NCBI GenBank assembly: GCA_013265495.1
Contig: MU057809.1
Location: 248,001-312,000, forward strand
Direction: 5' to 3'
Origin: Vicugna vicugna
Lineage: Eukaryota
Length of the DNA: 64,000 bases
Shown here: piece by piece, positions 24,901-37,600 of the stretch
Numbering within the stretch: position 1 is the first letter of the stretch
Layout: each line of letters starts with the position of its first letter
Program-made: the position numbers and the translations under genes
Notes under the pieces: generated by a model
Seen by the model: only the letters and a program-made list of their open reading frames with translations
What the model was told of the DNA's origin: nothing
Databases searched by the model: none

Positions 24901-27900
24901 GGGGACTGACTGCGTCCTCCTGGGTCGCCATGGTTATAGCTTTCGTCCCTTTTTGATGAAAATTGATTGTAAAATTTTGGTAAGTTCTGGAACAATCTCT
25001 AAATGGAGACATCAAGTGTCGTTAATGGTCTTGGGCATTTGATGAGAATATAGACTCCCCTGGGCACGCAAAGCCTTCAAAACCTAAGGCATTGGTGCTC
25101 CCCAGGCTCTGAACACCTATCCTACCGGCAGCAAGAAACCCAGCACCGAGTTAGGGACGCAAACATGTCAGCGCGGTTCTCTTAAGCTGGCCGCTGGTCG
25201 GAGTGCAGCGGTCTGACCAGTCTTTGTAGCGCGCGGACCAACGTAAGTCTGTATCTGATAGACGGCCCAGAGCTGCACTTGTCCTCTGATCTCCCCTCAT
25301 TGCTGGACGTGCACTCCCTCCGCAGCTCCTCCACCTGTACATAACCAGCTCCTTATCTTAAGGGGCCAGCAGGGCACATCTAGCAGGGGCTAGCGTTCAG
25401 TAACGGTGGCCAGAAGCTTGCTTCACAGGCCTCGGCAGATATGGGAGTGTGAGTAAGATGGCCTGACCAGGGTCCCAGGCTGTTCACGCGTAACGGGGAG
25501 CATCGTGCCTGGGTGCTAGCCGGGGCACCTCTGGGTGACAAGAGGCACTAGTAATGACCGCGGCAAGGGTATGGCTGCAGAGCTCCTTAAGGAAGTGCTG
25601 TAGGTCCCGCTCTCCAAACCAGAGCCTCAAGTATCTTCCCAAACGCAGAAGGCCTCTAGAGATAATAGGCTTTGAAAAGCCGCGGCTTCCATCTGGGGAG
25701 TGCTCGCCCTGCCAAGTCACGGACAGGAAGCTGGGGCTGGAGCAGGGGTGCTCCTGCCCCAGGGCCACATACGCAAGGTGCATCTGGCCGGGGCCCTGCC
25801 CATGGCCACTGCTGTGCTGCCTCCCTGGTGGGTCTGGAAACCTCCTGAGGAAGGAGGCGCACAGTGTTGACTGGGGGACCCCGGGACTCGGGGAGAAAGG
25901 CACAGACCTCCACCTGATGGAGCAGGGTGGGGGGTGAGGTTCGATGTGGAACTGTTTGTATCTATTACGTAGTGAAAAAGTGACTTAACTGCAAAGACCC
26001 CTGCCAGGAAACACGCGTGTGTGACTGGTCGGGGCTGTGTTCTGGGGCGGGGAGAGGACAGAGCTCCTTGGGGAAGCTGCATCCACCTCCCAGGCCCTAG
26101 GGTGTCATCTGGATTCCTGAGAAAACAGCCTGCCACCTGGCCTTTCCTGACCCGGCCACACACCAGGGCCGTGTCTCGGGGGTGGGGCTGTGGTGTCAGA
26201 GCGTCCAGCTTTCCCCTCACCGCTGCTGCTCAGCTCTCTAAGGATAAAGCCACCTGCACGACTGGGCAGCACCAGGCTGCATCTGTCCACAAGGTCTACG
26301 CCCAGGACCCCTAAACACTACTCAGGCATCAAAGAGCAGGGGGGACTCAGTGTGGAGAGTAAAAGTGAATTTCCCCTCTAATTTGAGAGGCCAAAATGTG
26401 ATCCTGCCAAGGAACAGAGTTCGGTCCCCCAGGACCTGCAAACAGAACACCCTTCAAGCAGCAGAGGGACAGGGTGAAGTGGGCCGGGTGTCCCATGCTT
26501 CCTCAGCAAATCGCCCTGGGTCCCTTTCCTCCCACACATGCCGGCAAGAGGGCAGGACGCACCCTGGAGTAAGTTTCCTAGTTTCAATTAGAACCAAGGA
26601 AGCAACTGTTACTCTTAGACCAAATATAATAAGTAAAAATAACGGCTGGTTCCTCCCTTGGACAGAACCACAGGTGGTGATAAGATCTGGGGCTCTGAGC
26701 ACCTCCCCCAGATAACAGCACACCAGTCAAAAGCTGGGCGAGCTGGGGGAGTCAGGAGAGTGCCAGGCCTGCCTGGAGCCTGAAACGGAGCCTGGAGCCG
26801 TCCTCAGCCTGGCCCTTGAATTTCTTTTTGTTCCTCTTTTTCCCGGCCCAGGGTACCTGGGGGGAGCAGTAGCCTCAAACCAAGTCAGGGAACAAAAAAG
26901 CCAAGTACCTAGTGCTCCGGAAACAGAGAACACGTGTCCCATCCTCCTCCAGGGAGAGGAAGCCTGGGGCCGGGGCAGGCGCCCTGCTGGCCCAGCCAGC
27001 GGCCAGCCGGCCTGGTTCCCCACAGCCCTTGCTTCTCATCCATGCAGGCTGGGAGGCAGCTTAGTTTGTGCATCTGAGCCAGGCTGGGTTTTCACTCTCA
27101 CTACTCTGCAGTTTAGAACCGCAAAAAGCAAAAGGCTACAAAAATCAAAACCACCCATCTATATGATGAACTGTTTCTTATCGCAGCCCAGGAAGGCCCA
27201 GCGTCTGTGATAGGAATCAGTGTGCGCAAGCTCTCCACACTGAAAACCTACGAAAACACCAGCCTTTCCGGAGCGTCTGGCTCCAGCCAGCTGGATGTTA
27301 ATTGTAGCTAAAGCGTCTGCCCGTTGTTACAAAAGGAAATAAACATTCAGGAGTCATTTTCAAAGCATTTTGATGGCTCCAGAACGTTCATCTGAAGTCC
27401 AGGCACGGTGCACAGCAGGTCTAGAGGACAGTTGGCCAGGCCGAACTGTCTGTCCAACCAGGAAGCACTGCCTGGGCCTCTGAAGCGTCAAAGGGGACAC
27501 GACTGTCCTCGCGACAAGAGGCCTCCTGGGCTCTGCTCTGCCCTCTACGCAGTGGGAAGAAAAGCCTTGACGCCATCTCCTGCATCTCTCTCCCCCACCC
27601 CCCACCCCCAAGGAGCCAGCCAGGCCTCGCACACATTAAGAAGGCCCCACTTCCGGGAGCTGGCAGCAGGTGGGAATGGGGGAAGGGGGAGGGCAGAACT
27701 AGCACAGCCCTTCTCCCAGGAGGTGACCTGGCCTTCCATTTCTGCCAGCTCTGTGCATGTGCACACACATGCACACGCAGGAGTCCCCTGCCACCACGCG
27801 CCATGCCACCCCCGCCCAGGCTGCTGCTCTGACCCGTTTGTGACATCCTGTTTCCATGGAGAGCACGGAGTCCTTCAGCCTTGAATTTTAGCAAGCTTTT

Positions 27901-30900
27901 TAGTTGCCTGCAAACAGTCACTTTTGAAGGGTTGGTTTCCACCGTTCTGGGCTCTTTTTTCAAGAGGCCTAGGAAGGACACTGACGTCTGGCCTCAAAAC
28001 GCTTCCAGCAGCTGGCCTGGCTGGAAGGCAGGCCTTGCCAGCAGTGAAAGAGCAGGGACCACGGGGCGCATGCAGGCAGGGGCCTCGTTGGGGAGAGGAG
28101 CCTCAGACTCTGTCCTGCATCTGGGTGGAGAGAGCCGACCCCTTGGGGTGGAGCACGTGGCCCTGGAGTGGGTCAGGGGACGGAGCTTGGTAAAGCCCTT
28201 GCGGCCCCACGGGGACCTGAGTCCCATGAGAACTCACACTTGGTTGTGACCTTGCTCTGGTCCTCCGTCCTCCCTCCCAGTTTCCTCTCTCCATTGTCAG
28301 TTGACAGAGATTCCGAATGAAAGTTCACAGGATGGCTTCCTCTGCACAGAAGGGAATCCAGGAGGAGGGAGGAGGTCTGTGCTGCCCCAGCCCCAGGGGG
28401 TCACCAGGGCTCGCCCTCTGTTTCGTGCATCCTCCCAACAGCCTCAGGGCTTCCCTGAACTGGCGGACAGAGCTACTCAGTCCCCGCCCAACCACAGCCA
28501 CACAGCTGGGAGCAGGGGGCCCGGGGAGCCCCGAGCCCGACCCAACCGTGTCAAGTCCTGGTCCCAGGGCCCTCTGCACTTCACACTGTCACCAGAGTTC
28601 TCCTGGCCACCTGCAGGTCCCTAGTACGGGGTGGGATGAGTCAGGCCTGGGGGGAGCGCCTGAGCTGCTTTCTCAGAGTGCAGAAACGCAGGACAGGAGC
28701 CCTGGTTGCAGGAGGGCCTGGATTCCCGCTCCTGGGCCCAGGTGTTCCCAGGTGGGGCACTGCTGGGAGGGGGAGGGTGGCCCTGCCCCGTCTGTTCCAC
28801 TCCATTGCCTGGGACCCCGGCCCATAATAGGGGAGAGCTGCTGTCCCACTGGGGAAGCCCCGGCCCCTCCCGGGTTTCAGGACTCCTCGGACCTCGGCAG
28901 AGGCGTGGTCTGTCAGCTCATCCTCTCTGTGGCCTGCTTCCCCCTCCAGCCCCACTCCTGGCCCACGTCCCGCGAGGCCCTTTCTGCCTAGTGTGCTGTG
29001 CTGCCTCGCCCGTCAGCATGGGTCCGGCCCCCACCCAGGCCTCAGGGCCGGCTGCTGGGGGGCTCCTGGCCCAGCGGCAAGCACCGAAAAGGAAGAAACC
29101 AGATGTCCTGGAAGGACTTGCTCAGGGCGCAAAGCAAGGAACCATCTTCCACGATTTCCGAGCCAGCAAGGAGCGCTGCCCAGGGGAGCTCAGGCCAGGG
29201 CCACCCAGTCCTGCGCTCACGTCAGGGGCCGCCTTGGACTCGGCAGCCTCAGCGTCTCCGGCTTCTCCCTGCCTGAGCCTGGAGCAGCTGCACCTCAGTG
29301 CCTCGAGCCCAGCTGACAGCCCCGCCAGGGAGCCCCCGCCCAGCACAGCCGGAGGGAGCCACCTCCACCCCCCGAGGGGCTCGCACAGTGTGGCCGGGGG
29401 GGTGGCCAGGCCTTCCCAGGGCTGGACGTTGGCAGGTCTGGGAGAGCATCTCCTTGGAAGGTAACTACTAGAGCTGAGAGAGGTCTTGGAAGAAAATACT
29501 TTGACATTTATGACGAATGTCACTCGAGTGTAGGATTCGGAAGAGAGGGCTCTGGAAACAGCTAGTCCTTAGAAGCTTCGATGAGACAGGATGCCCCAAA
29601 AGGGCTCCCTTCCCTGGGCCTCCCGTGGACCCTCAGAGACAAAACCGCCACCTCCATGCGTACTGACCTCGCCCTGCCCATCCTGTCAGAGGCGGCTGCT
29701 CTGTCAGATCACTGTGTTGTCCACGTGGGCAAGCCCGAGGTCCACCAGCAGCTCGCAGAGATGCTGCATGGCAGGGCCACAGCCCTCAGCGCCACCGGTG
29801 GACGCAGCCTTTCCGACCACGAACCCCTGGCCTTGAGTGCCTCGCCTAGCTTTCCTCTAGAGGAGAGGCCACTGGGTCCGAGAGATGACCCTCTGTGTTG
29901 CAGGAGTGGTGACCTCAGCTTCGTTCCCATAAAAGCTTCCTTCCCGCAGCCCCAGCACCCTGCGAGCTGCGTAAGCAGCGAGCTGAGAGCGTCACCCCTA
30001 CCCTCACTGGACAGCAGCCCCTCCAAGCCACGTGCAGGCCAGCCTGGGCATCGAGATGCTGGCCTGACTTCCTGGTCCTCTCACGTTTTCTGTATTAAGT
30101 GTGGTCTTTGAGCTCCGCCCCCCCCCCCCCGGTTGCCCTCTCTGTGATGCACACGTGGCTAAACTCGGAGGGAAAGAGACCCTGGGCAGGCACTGAAGCA
30201 TCAAGGGCAATGTTCTGGGGTGGCTGAGGGCTCCCTGGGTGGGGCGCTGACCCCTGCTTGTGAGCCTCAGGTGAGCGGTACTTCGGGGACCTGGCCCGGG
30301 GCCCAGAGCCAGCCTGCACTGAGTCAGTCTCTGCTCCGCCAGGCTGGCCTGTTGGCCCTCCTCTCTCCTATCTGCTGCTGGCCCCCAGCCCGGGATCACC
30401 CTGCCCTGGAGCTGTGAAGACCTCTCTGCCCCCTGGGACCAGCGGGGAGCTGGAGGGGAGCGGGCGCTGGGGAGCCACCTGTGCTCGCAGCGCTGAGACA
30501 GCTGTCCCACCAGCAGAATCAGAAAACAAAACAAAATCCTCAGAAAGACGGGGTGCCAGTCCCCTTCACATCACGTTACTCTCCTTATAGGATAGCAGGA
30601 CCCAGTGACCACCAGACCACCTTAGACAACCCCCGGCATGTGCCAGGGCCCAGCCCACAGAGCCACCTCCAGGCTCCAGCCTCACAGTGGGCAGGCCTCC
30701 TGCGGCCCCTCCCTGGCCAAGCCAGACCGGGGCCCGGCAGTCCTGCCGTGGCATCACTGTGGACCTGCCCGTGCTCGGCGTGCCCCTGCTTTGCGGACCG
30801 AGGCAGATGGCAGTCCTGGCTCAGAGAGGCCACGCACAGCACATCACTGCGGAGGCCAGGGTCCCGAGAGTGAGCAGGTCGTGTGCACCCCAGTGGCTGG

Positions 30901-33214
30901 GTGTGCGCCTTGGTGTGGTCCCGGTCCCTGTGCAGTGAGGGAAGGGAGGGGCTGTGGCTCGCAGAAGCCATCTTGGGGGAGGGGGGGAGGCTAGGACCCT
31001 GACTGGGCAGAAGGGAGAGGTTCAGGGACAGAACTGGGTTTGGCTGAGACAGCCGGGTGGCAGGAGTGGGGGTCCAATGGAGGAACCCTGGGGTGCAGTC
31101 CTGTGGGAGAGGCAGGACAGGAGGTAGGACTGGCGCAGGCACCTTCTATGGGTGCTGGTGCTGAGAGCAGCACAGGGAAGGGTGGGGAGGGTGGGAGGCG
31201 GCCAGACCAGCCAGTGAGAGTCTGGAGGCCGGCCTGGCAGAGACAGGAGGCAGATGGGGGGTAGCCAGGTCAGGCAGCCCAGAGGGGGGCAGTGGGGGGA
31301 GAGGGAGCACGGAAGAGGGCGATGCAGGGCCCAGAGGGGCCTAGAAGAGCCCAGTGGGCAGTGCAGTGAGGCAGGGGTGGGCAGCTCTGCCTGGGAGGTA
31401 TAACGAGGGACCCAGGGACGGGGTGTGGTGACAGGGCCAGCCTGGAGGAGAGGCCATTGGGGTCCTTGCTGACCCTGACCCCTTGAGCTGAGGGGATGCA
31501 GCAGGTGATGGGGTCGCCAGAGGTTGGACTGTTAACTCTGCCATTTAGGGAGAGCATGGCCGCCTTCAGACTGAGAACTGCAGAACATGGAGCGTCCAGC
31601 CCCACGAGGCAGGGGCCACCTTGTCCCTTCTCTCCTGCCTCTGAGAGGGGCAGAAACGCAGAGGGCCCTTCCTGGAATTCTGGTCTTTGCGCTGGCTGGA
31701 GTCCAAGTTCCTCTTTCTCAGGAAGGAAGTGAACAGAGAACCTGGTGACTTGAAAGACAGCCCAGCTCAGACCATGTGGAGGGTGGCAGCCAAGCCATTG
31801 TCCTCAGGCCCCCTCCCCGGACAGCTGGGGCCGGGGGAGGAGTCTTGTTCCCAGATTCCTGCACTTGCAAAACCAGAGTGCGGAAGAGAAGTGGGGTAGC
31901 AACCACTGGGAAACAAGATGGGGAGAGGCAGGGCTGGTCTCTGCGGCCTTGGGGCAGGCTTGGGGCTCAGGAGTGTCTCTGGGGTCACAGGTGCAGGATG
32001 ACAGGTAGGAGCATCCTGCAGGAGTCTCCCAGTCCCTGGACAGGGCAGGAGCCCCCGCCGCCGTCCCCAGAACACCAGCTGCCCTGCCACCTGGGCAGGT
32101 GGACACTTCCCGACGTGACCGCGCTCTCCTGCCAGACCCAGTGCTGCTCTGCAGTTCTCGGGGTGCCAGTGGGTGCAGCCTCTGCTCTGCTTTGTCTGCA
32201 CTGTGCAAGAGAATGACCGAAAGTGGAGGAAAAGTGGGGCCTCTGAGCTCACGCCCAGCACTTGAAGCCCAGCACGTGACTGGTAGTTGACACGTAAGAG
32301 CTACTAGTAGCTCATGAAGCAAAGTGTGTCAGTTCTGTGGCTGTGATCTGCCCGTGAACAAAAACTCAGGCAGGTTTTTAACCTAAAGCCCAGCGCAGCC
32401 GACAGCTCAGACCCTCACAGCCCCCTTGGGCCTGGCGAGCCGCTGCACAAGCACGTGGGCCCATGAAGGAAAATTCTGAGCAGATTTACTCCGTATGACG
32501 CTTTCCCAAGAATCAAGCCATTCTTTGCCCAGGGCAGGCAACCCCTTGTGGCCGCTCTGCTCCCTCCTCCACCTCAGCTGCGTGTGCGCCCCTCTCTACC
32601 GCGGAGGGCCAACAGTTCCTAGTTCCTGCAGACACCTGCGCAGTAGGCGTCCTCCAGGCTGAACCTGTGGTCCACCAGGATGGGTCTGGACCCCAGGGAG
32701 GGGCAGGGGCAGCAGGGGACCTGCCTTCTTGCCACCAGTGGGTGGGGCCATCCACCCTGTGTGCCAGCCCTTTCAGACTCAACCGTTACTGCCCAAAACT
32801 GGCTGTGAGCAGAGAGGGAGGGGCTGGGCAGGGGGTGAGGGGGATGTCGTGAGGCTCCCACCCGCACGCGCGCACACTGGCTGGCTGCAGACAGACGGGG
32901 AGGCCAGGGGTGGCTCAGCTGCCGGGCTCCTTCTTGGCACCAGTTGTGGGGCACAGAGTGAGGCAGGGGAAGCGGAGGCCCTGAAAGCCAGGCTAGGACG
33001 GGAGATGCTCGGGAGCGTAAGGTCATGTGGATGGGGCGGGACCCTCCTCAGGCTGCAGCTCCCACGCCCTCTGCCCATGGAGGGGCTTTGAAATGAGAAT
33101 GGGGGGAACGTCCAGGGCAGACCCCAGGGCCCATGGACACCCTGAGAGCTGGGTGAGGCCACAGCGGCGGGCTGGACGGAAGGCACTCACTCTGCGCTCT
33201 CCCCACAGCCCGCC

Positions 33215-34216
33215 ATGTGGAGCTGCGGCCCTCTCAACGGCACGGGCGGGGGTGAGGACCAGCTCCTGTGCCCGCACGTCCAGCGGGCCCTGTCCGCCCT
33301 GTCCCTGCTCCACCTGGTGGTCGGTGTCCCGGTGGGCCTGGGCTACAACGCGCTGCTGCTCGCGGTCAACCTGCAGGACCAGGGCAGCATGACCATGCCT
33401 GATGTCTACTTCGCCAACATGGCCGTGGCGGGCCTGGTCCTCAGCGCCCTGGCGCCCGTGCACCTGCTGGGCCCTGGTGCCTCCGGGTGGGCCCTGTGGG
33501 ACCTGGGCAGCGCGGTCCACATCACGCTGCTCGTGCTGTTCAATGTGTCCTCACTGGTGACCCTGTACTCCACTGCCCTGCTCAGCCTGGACTGCTACAT
33601 TGAGCGGGCCCTGCCGCGCACCTATATGTCCAGTGTCTACAACAGCAGGCACGTGTGTGGCTTCGTCTGGGGCGGGGCGCTGCTCACCAGCTTCTCCTCC
33701 CTGCTCTTCTACATCTGCGGCCACGTGGCAGCCAGGCTCGCGGAATGCGCCAGGATGCAGGACACCGAGGCCGCCGACGCCATCCTGGTGCTCACCGGGT
33801 ACCTGGTGCCCGGCCTGGCCGTGCTCTATGCACTCGTGCTCCTCTCACGAGTCCGGAAGGCGGACACGCCGCTTGACCAGGACGCGGGGTGGCTGGACCC
33901 CTCGGTGCACAGGCTCCTGGTGGCCACTGTGTGTGTGCAGTTTGGGCTCTGGACGCCTCACTACCTGACCCTCCTGGGGCACACGATCCTGGCTGCGCGG
34001 GGCAAGCCCCTGGATGGGCACCACCTGCGGATGCTGCGCTTTGCCAAGGACCTGTCACGGTCCCTGGCCTTCGCCAGCAGCTCAGTGGTGCCGCTGCTTT
34101 ACCGCTACATCAACAGAAACTTCCCCGGCAAGCTCCGGCGGCTGCTGAAGAAGGTGCACCGTGGGCAGCAGGGCTGCGCCCTGGACCAGGCGGGGCCGCA
34201 GCAGGCGATGGCGTAG
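33215..34216 (+). CDS. GPR146: G protein-coupled receptor 146 (333 aa, single coding exon)
   Basis: [10 protein letters not shown]...[23 protein letters not shown]...[39 protein letters not shown]...LLYRY matches human/mouse GPR146. Acceptor ctctgcgctctccccacag| ends at 33208, 6 nt before a GCC-ATG start. Confidence 0.98.
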   Translation: MWSCGPLNGTGGGEDQLLCPHVQRALSALSLLHLVVGVPVGLGYNALLLAVNLQDQGSMTMPDVYFANMAVAGLVLSALAPVHLLGPGASGWALWDLGSAVHITLLVLFNVSSLVTLYSTALLSLDCYIERALPRTYMSSVYNSRHVCGFVWGGALLTSFSSLLFYICGHVAARLAECARMQDTEAADAILVLTGYLVPGLAVLYALVLLSRVRKADTPLDQDAGWLDPSVHRLLVATVCVQFGLWTPHYLTLLGHTILAARGKPLDGHHLRMLRFAKDLSRSLAFASSSVVPLLYRYINRNFPGKLRRLLKKVHRGQQGCALDQAGPQQAMA

Positions 34217-34615
34217 ACGGCCTGTCCAAGGACTGCGCACAGCTGGAGACTCAGTGCGGGGAGCGCACCACCCGTCTCAGGAGACCCCCAGGAGACGCGC
34301 TGAGAGAGAACCTAGAACAGCAGGGGGCGTGTTCCTTGAAGTTTTCTGTTTTCCCACAGAAGGCCATGGCCCTTGGGTGGGGGTGAGCAGCGTCCAGGAC
34401 GCCCCGCTGCTCCTGGGGTGTGTTTTCCTCCTGACACACACGGCTCGGGTCGGCGCCCTCGACAACCTGCTCGCCCTCAGCCTTACACAGGGCTTTCCAA
34501 TGAAGTGATGAAAATCTAAAGTCAGTATTTATACATTGCATTGTTCAAATATTTGATTCCTCCCTCTTATCTTCTTGTTTATGAAAATTGACGTCTGGTG
34601 GGAAAATCACAGGGT

Positions 34616-34621
34616 ATTAAA
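34616..34621 (+). terminator. Candidate GPR146 polyadenylation signal (ATTAAA)
   Basis: ATTAAA at the end of an AT-rich 3' UTR-like block (about 34500-34630) in otherwise GC-rich DNA. Not the only possibility. Confidence 0.35.
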
Positions 34622-37600
34622 ATGAAGGAAACAATACATGCACACCTGGGGGTGGGGGGGCTGGAGCCGGTGGGCCCCGCAGAGGTAGTGGTAAGGGGAG
34701 GGTCAGATAGGGAAGCGGGAGGCGGTGCCCGGCCCCTACTACCCCCAGGTGCGCCCTCAGAGCACCTCCCAGGGCTCTGAGTACAGGTCTGCGAGGGTTT
34801 TAACCTGACGCCAAAGCTGGAAGGGCCCGCCCTCAGGACAGAGGGTCTGTAGACGGGGCCCCCAGGTGGTAAGAACGGACGGAGACTGGTGTGCAGCCAC
34901 CAGGTCTCGGCTGCTCTGCGCTCGGGGACATGAGGACACTCCTGGACTGGATGCAGCTGCTCTGGCACCAGCCAGGTGCGCACAGGTGCGGTGCGGGAAC
35001 ACGCAACCCTTCCTCCCACGGTCCCAGCCCAGCATAGGGGTCCCGCCCACCCCGCTCCCTCCTTTAAAAACACCAAAGAGACGCTTCCTCCCCCCCAAGT
35101 GTTGATGAAATTACGGCCCACGACCTTCTAATCCTCAGTTCTGAAACCCTTAAAAGCTCTAAAAACAGTTTTCTCAAGTTCATAGCAGACTCCTTTGGCA
35201 GCAAGCCCTGCCCGGAGCCTGCAGGCGGCGCGTTTCCGAGGGAAGAGCCGAGCGGTGACCCTGCCCCCCGGCCCCGCGCCTCCCGCCCCCCGGCGCCCCA
35301 AAAAAGCGCCCCTCCCCTCCCTCCGTGCCCCCCACCCGCTCCGTGCTCCGTGATCGCAGTTCCCGCAGCACCTGTACCTCCGACAACCTGAAAACTCGTG
35401 CATTCTGACCCATCGGCCGGGGATGAGTGCAGCCCCACTTCTGAGGCTTCTACTGGGGCCTGGCCTCCTGGGAGGGTCAGTTACTTTTCTGCAGAGGCTG
35501 CCGGCTCAGAATCCCAGAAACACACCAGGCGCCGGGCTGGCCCCTTGCAGTCCACACGGGGCGCAGACCCTGAAGAGGTTTCTGCGTCGTGCCGGTCGGT
35601 GAAGGGCTCTTTATGCTCAAGAGCACAGCCACCTCTCTGCCGCTCCAGGTCCCCAGAGCGGCTGGGGGCACGACTCTTCAACCCTGACAGTCTCAGGCCT
35701 GACCGCCCCCACTCAGACCTGCCCCGAGGGCCGTGTGTCTTGGAGGAGCCACACCAGGGCCGGTCCGCGCCTGTGACTCCCCTCGGATGCCCTGGAGTTG
35801 GCTAAGGGGGTGACAGGGCCACCCTGCAGGGTCCCCGGCACAGCACTGTCACTAGGGGAGGGCGCCTCAGGTTTAAAATAGAAGACCCTCCCCTTCTTCA
35901 TCCTTTCCAGTCTCCGCTCCAGTACAGAGAGTGCCTGGGGTGGGGTCCACCTGGGCCCTTGGTCCCTGGCCCCCGGCCCAGCCTATCTTGCCCGAAGAGC
36001 CAAAGGGGCCTCAAATCACTTTTTTTTCCTTTTCCGTTTCAGTGGCCTTGGTTACAAGCTGGCTGGTCTCTGGGGCCTCCAGGGGTGGGGTGGGGTCCCG
36101 CCCAGGCAGCTACATGTTTCTGTTCCTCCCCCGTGGCAGTGTCCACCTCTGGGGGCAGCAGGCCCCATGGACAGCACTTCCTGCCGCTGGATCGGGGTCC
36201 CCGGTGCAGAACCCCGCACCGTGGGAGGTTCAAGCTCCCCTACACAGAACCTCCTCTCAGTCCGCGTCTGCCCATTCTGTTTTTATTTTTTTTCTTGAGT
36301 GTTTTTGTTGCCCAACGTTCTTGTGTGGCATTCGCCTCCATCCTTTCCCGGCCACTCTGTTATGCCCCACAGCCAGCACTTCAGCCGTGGACGGATCTTG
36401 GGCTGTTCAGAAGAGACTGAGGAGCTCTTTGGAAAGAGCTGAGGTGGACTGTGAACTCAGCCCTGTTTTTGTTTTCATTTGAACAGTCCTGTATTTCTTC
36501 AAATGTGTTTGCAAGATACCAGAATATAAGCTTTTCAGTACAGTCCCAAGGTCCTTAGTTTTGCTATTGACACTTCACTATAATTCTAATATCAATGCTC
36601 TTATTTTTGTTGATAAACAAAAGCTCACCTACTTCACTACACTTCGTTATTTAAGATCCCAAAAGGTGCCTTTAACCTTGAGTTTCCTTCACGAAGGCTA
36701 CAAAGGTCACTGCAGGATCCTGGATCTGCTAACTGGCAGACACATCAAGAAGTCAAACATTTGTTCCTTTGTAAGAACCTCCCGACAAAGGACCAACAGG
36801 AGTAAGTCATCAAGAGGTTAAATTACAAGTCAAGTTCTTGAATTTAAAATCCGTCAGGATTTTTGGGGGCTTTCTTATTTCTAATCCGTTACATCTGCCC
36901 GGGTGGCCTGAAGTCCTACACATGCATCTGAGGGAGACACTGAAGAAAAACCCACACTGGAAGGCCAGGAAGTCGTCTGAGCCTCACTGTCGGATCTCTG
37001 AACCATCACGTGTGATCTGCAGGGTGTGTGACGTGTACCAGAAACCGGCACAGAAAGTACCACAAGATGGCCCCTCCCCTCGTGACTTAAACTCCAGCAT
37101 CTTGGCTACTTCTCTGGGGGACCACTGCACTCGGTACAGCTGGCCCCAAATGTCAATGGGCTGGATGGCGGGGTCCCCGGACGGCGGGCACTTCCAGCAG
37201 CAGCCACGCAGGAGCCACGCCAGTGGGCGGATCCTGGGCTGGGCCGGCTCGTCACACGTGGAGTCCCCCCTGCCCCCCCCGAGCCCCAGGCCCCTTCGTC
37301 GCTGCAGCTCTGTCAGAGTCTGTCACGGGCACATGACCCTCCAAGAGGACGGACACTGCCTGGCCACACTCAGGGCTCCGGAGAGGACAGGGCCGAGGGT
37401 GTCCGGTGGTCCCGGCCACTCAGCCCTGCATGGCAAGCACTCCGCCAGACTGCGCGAAGCACGCGCATGGAAGGCGGGTCTGAGCAGCTTGCGTTCATGT
37501 TCCTCTCCTCAGCCTCCCTCCCTGAGCAGACCCCACTTCGGGGACAGAGCCCAAGACTTAGACCCAAACTCCAGCTGCCTGTCAACAAGGTGAGGTTATT

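Noticed and set aside
34317-34330. CTCF-like motif ACAGCAGGGGGCGT in the GPR146 3' UTR
   Set aside because: Imperfect, and similar CAGCAGGGGG strings recur in the window; not supportable without ChIP data.
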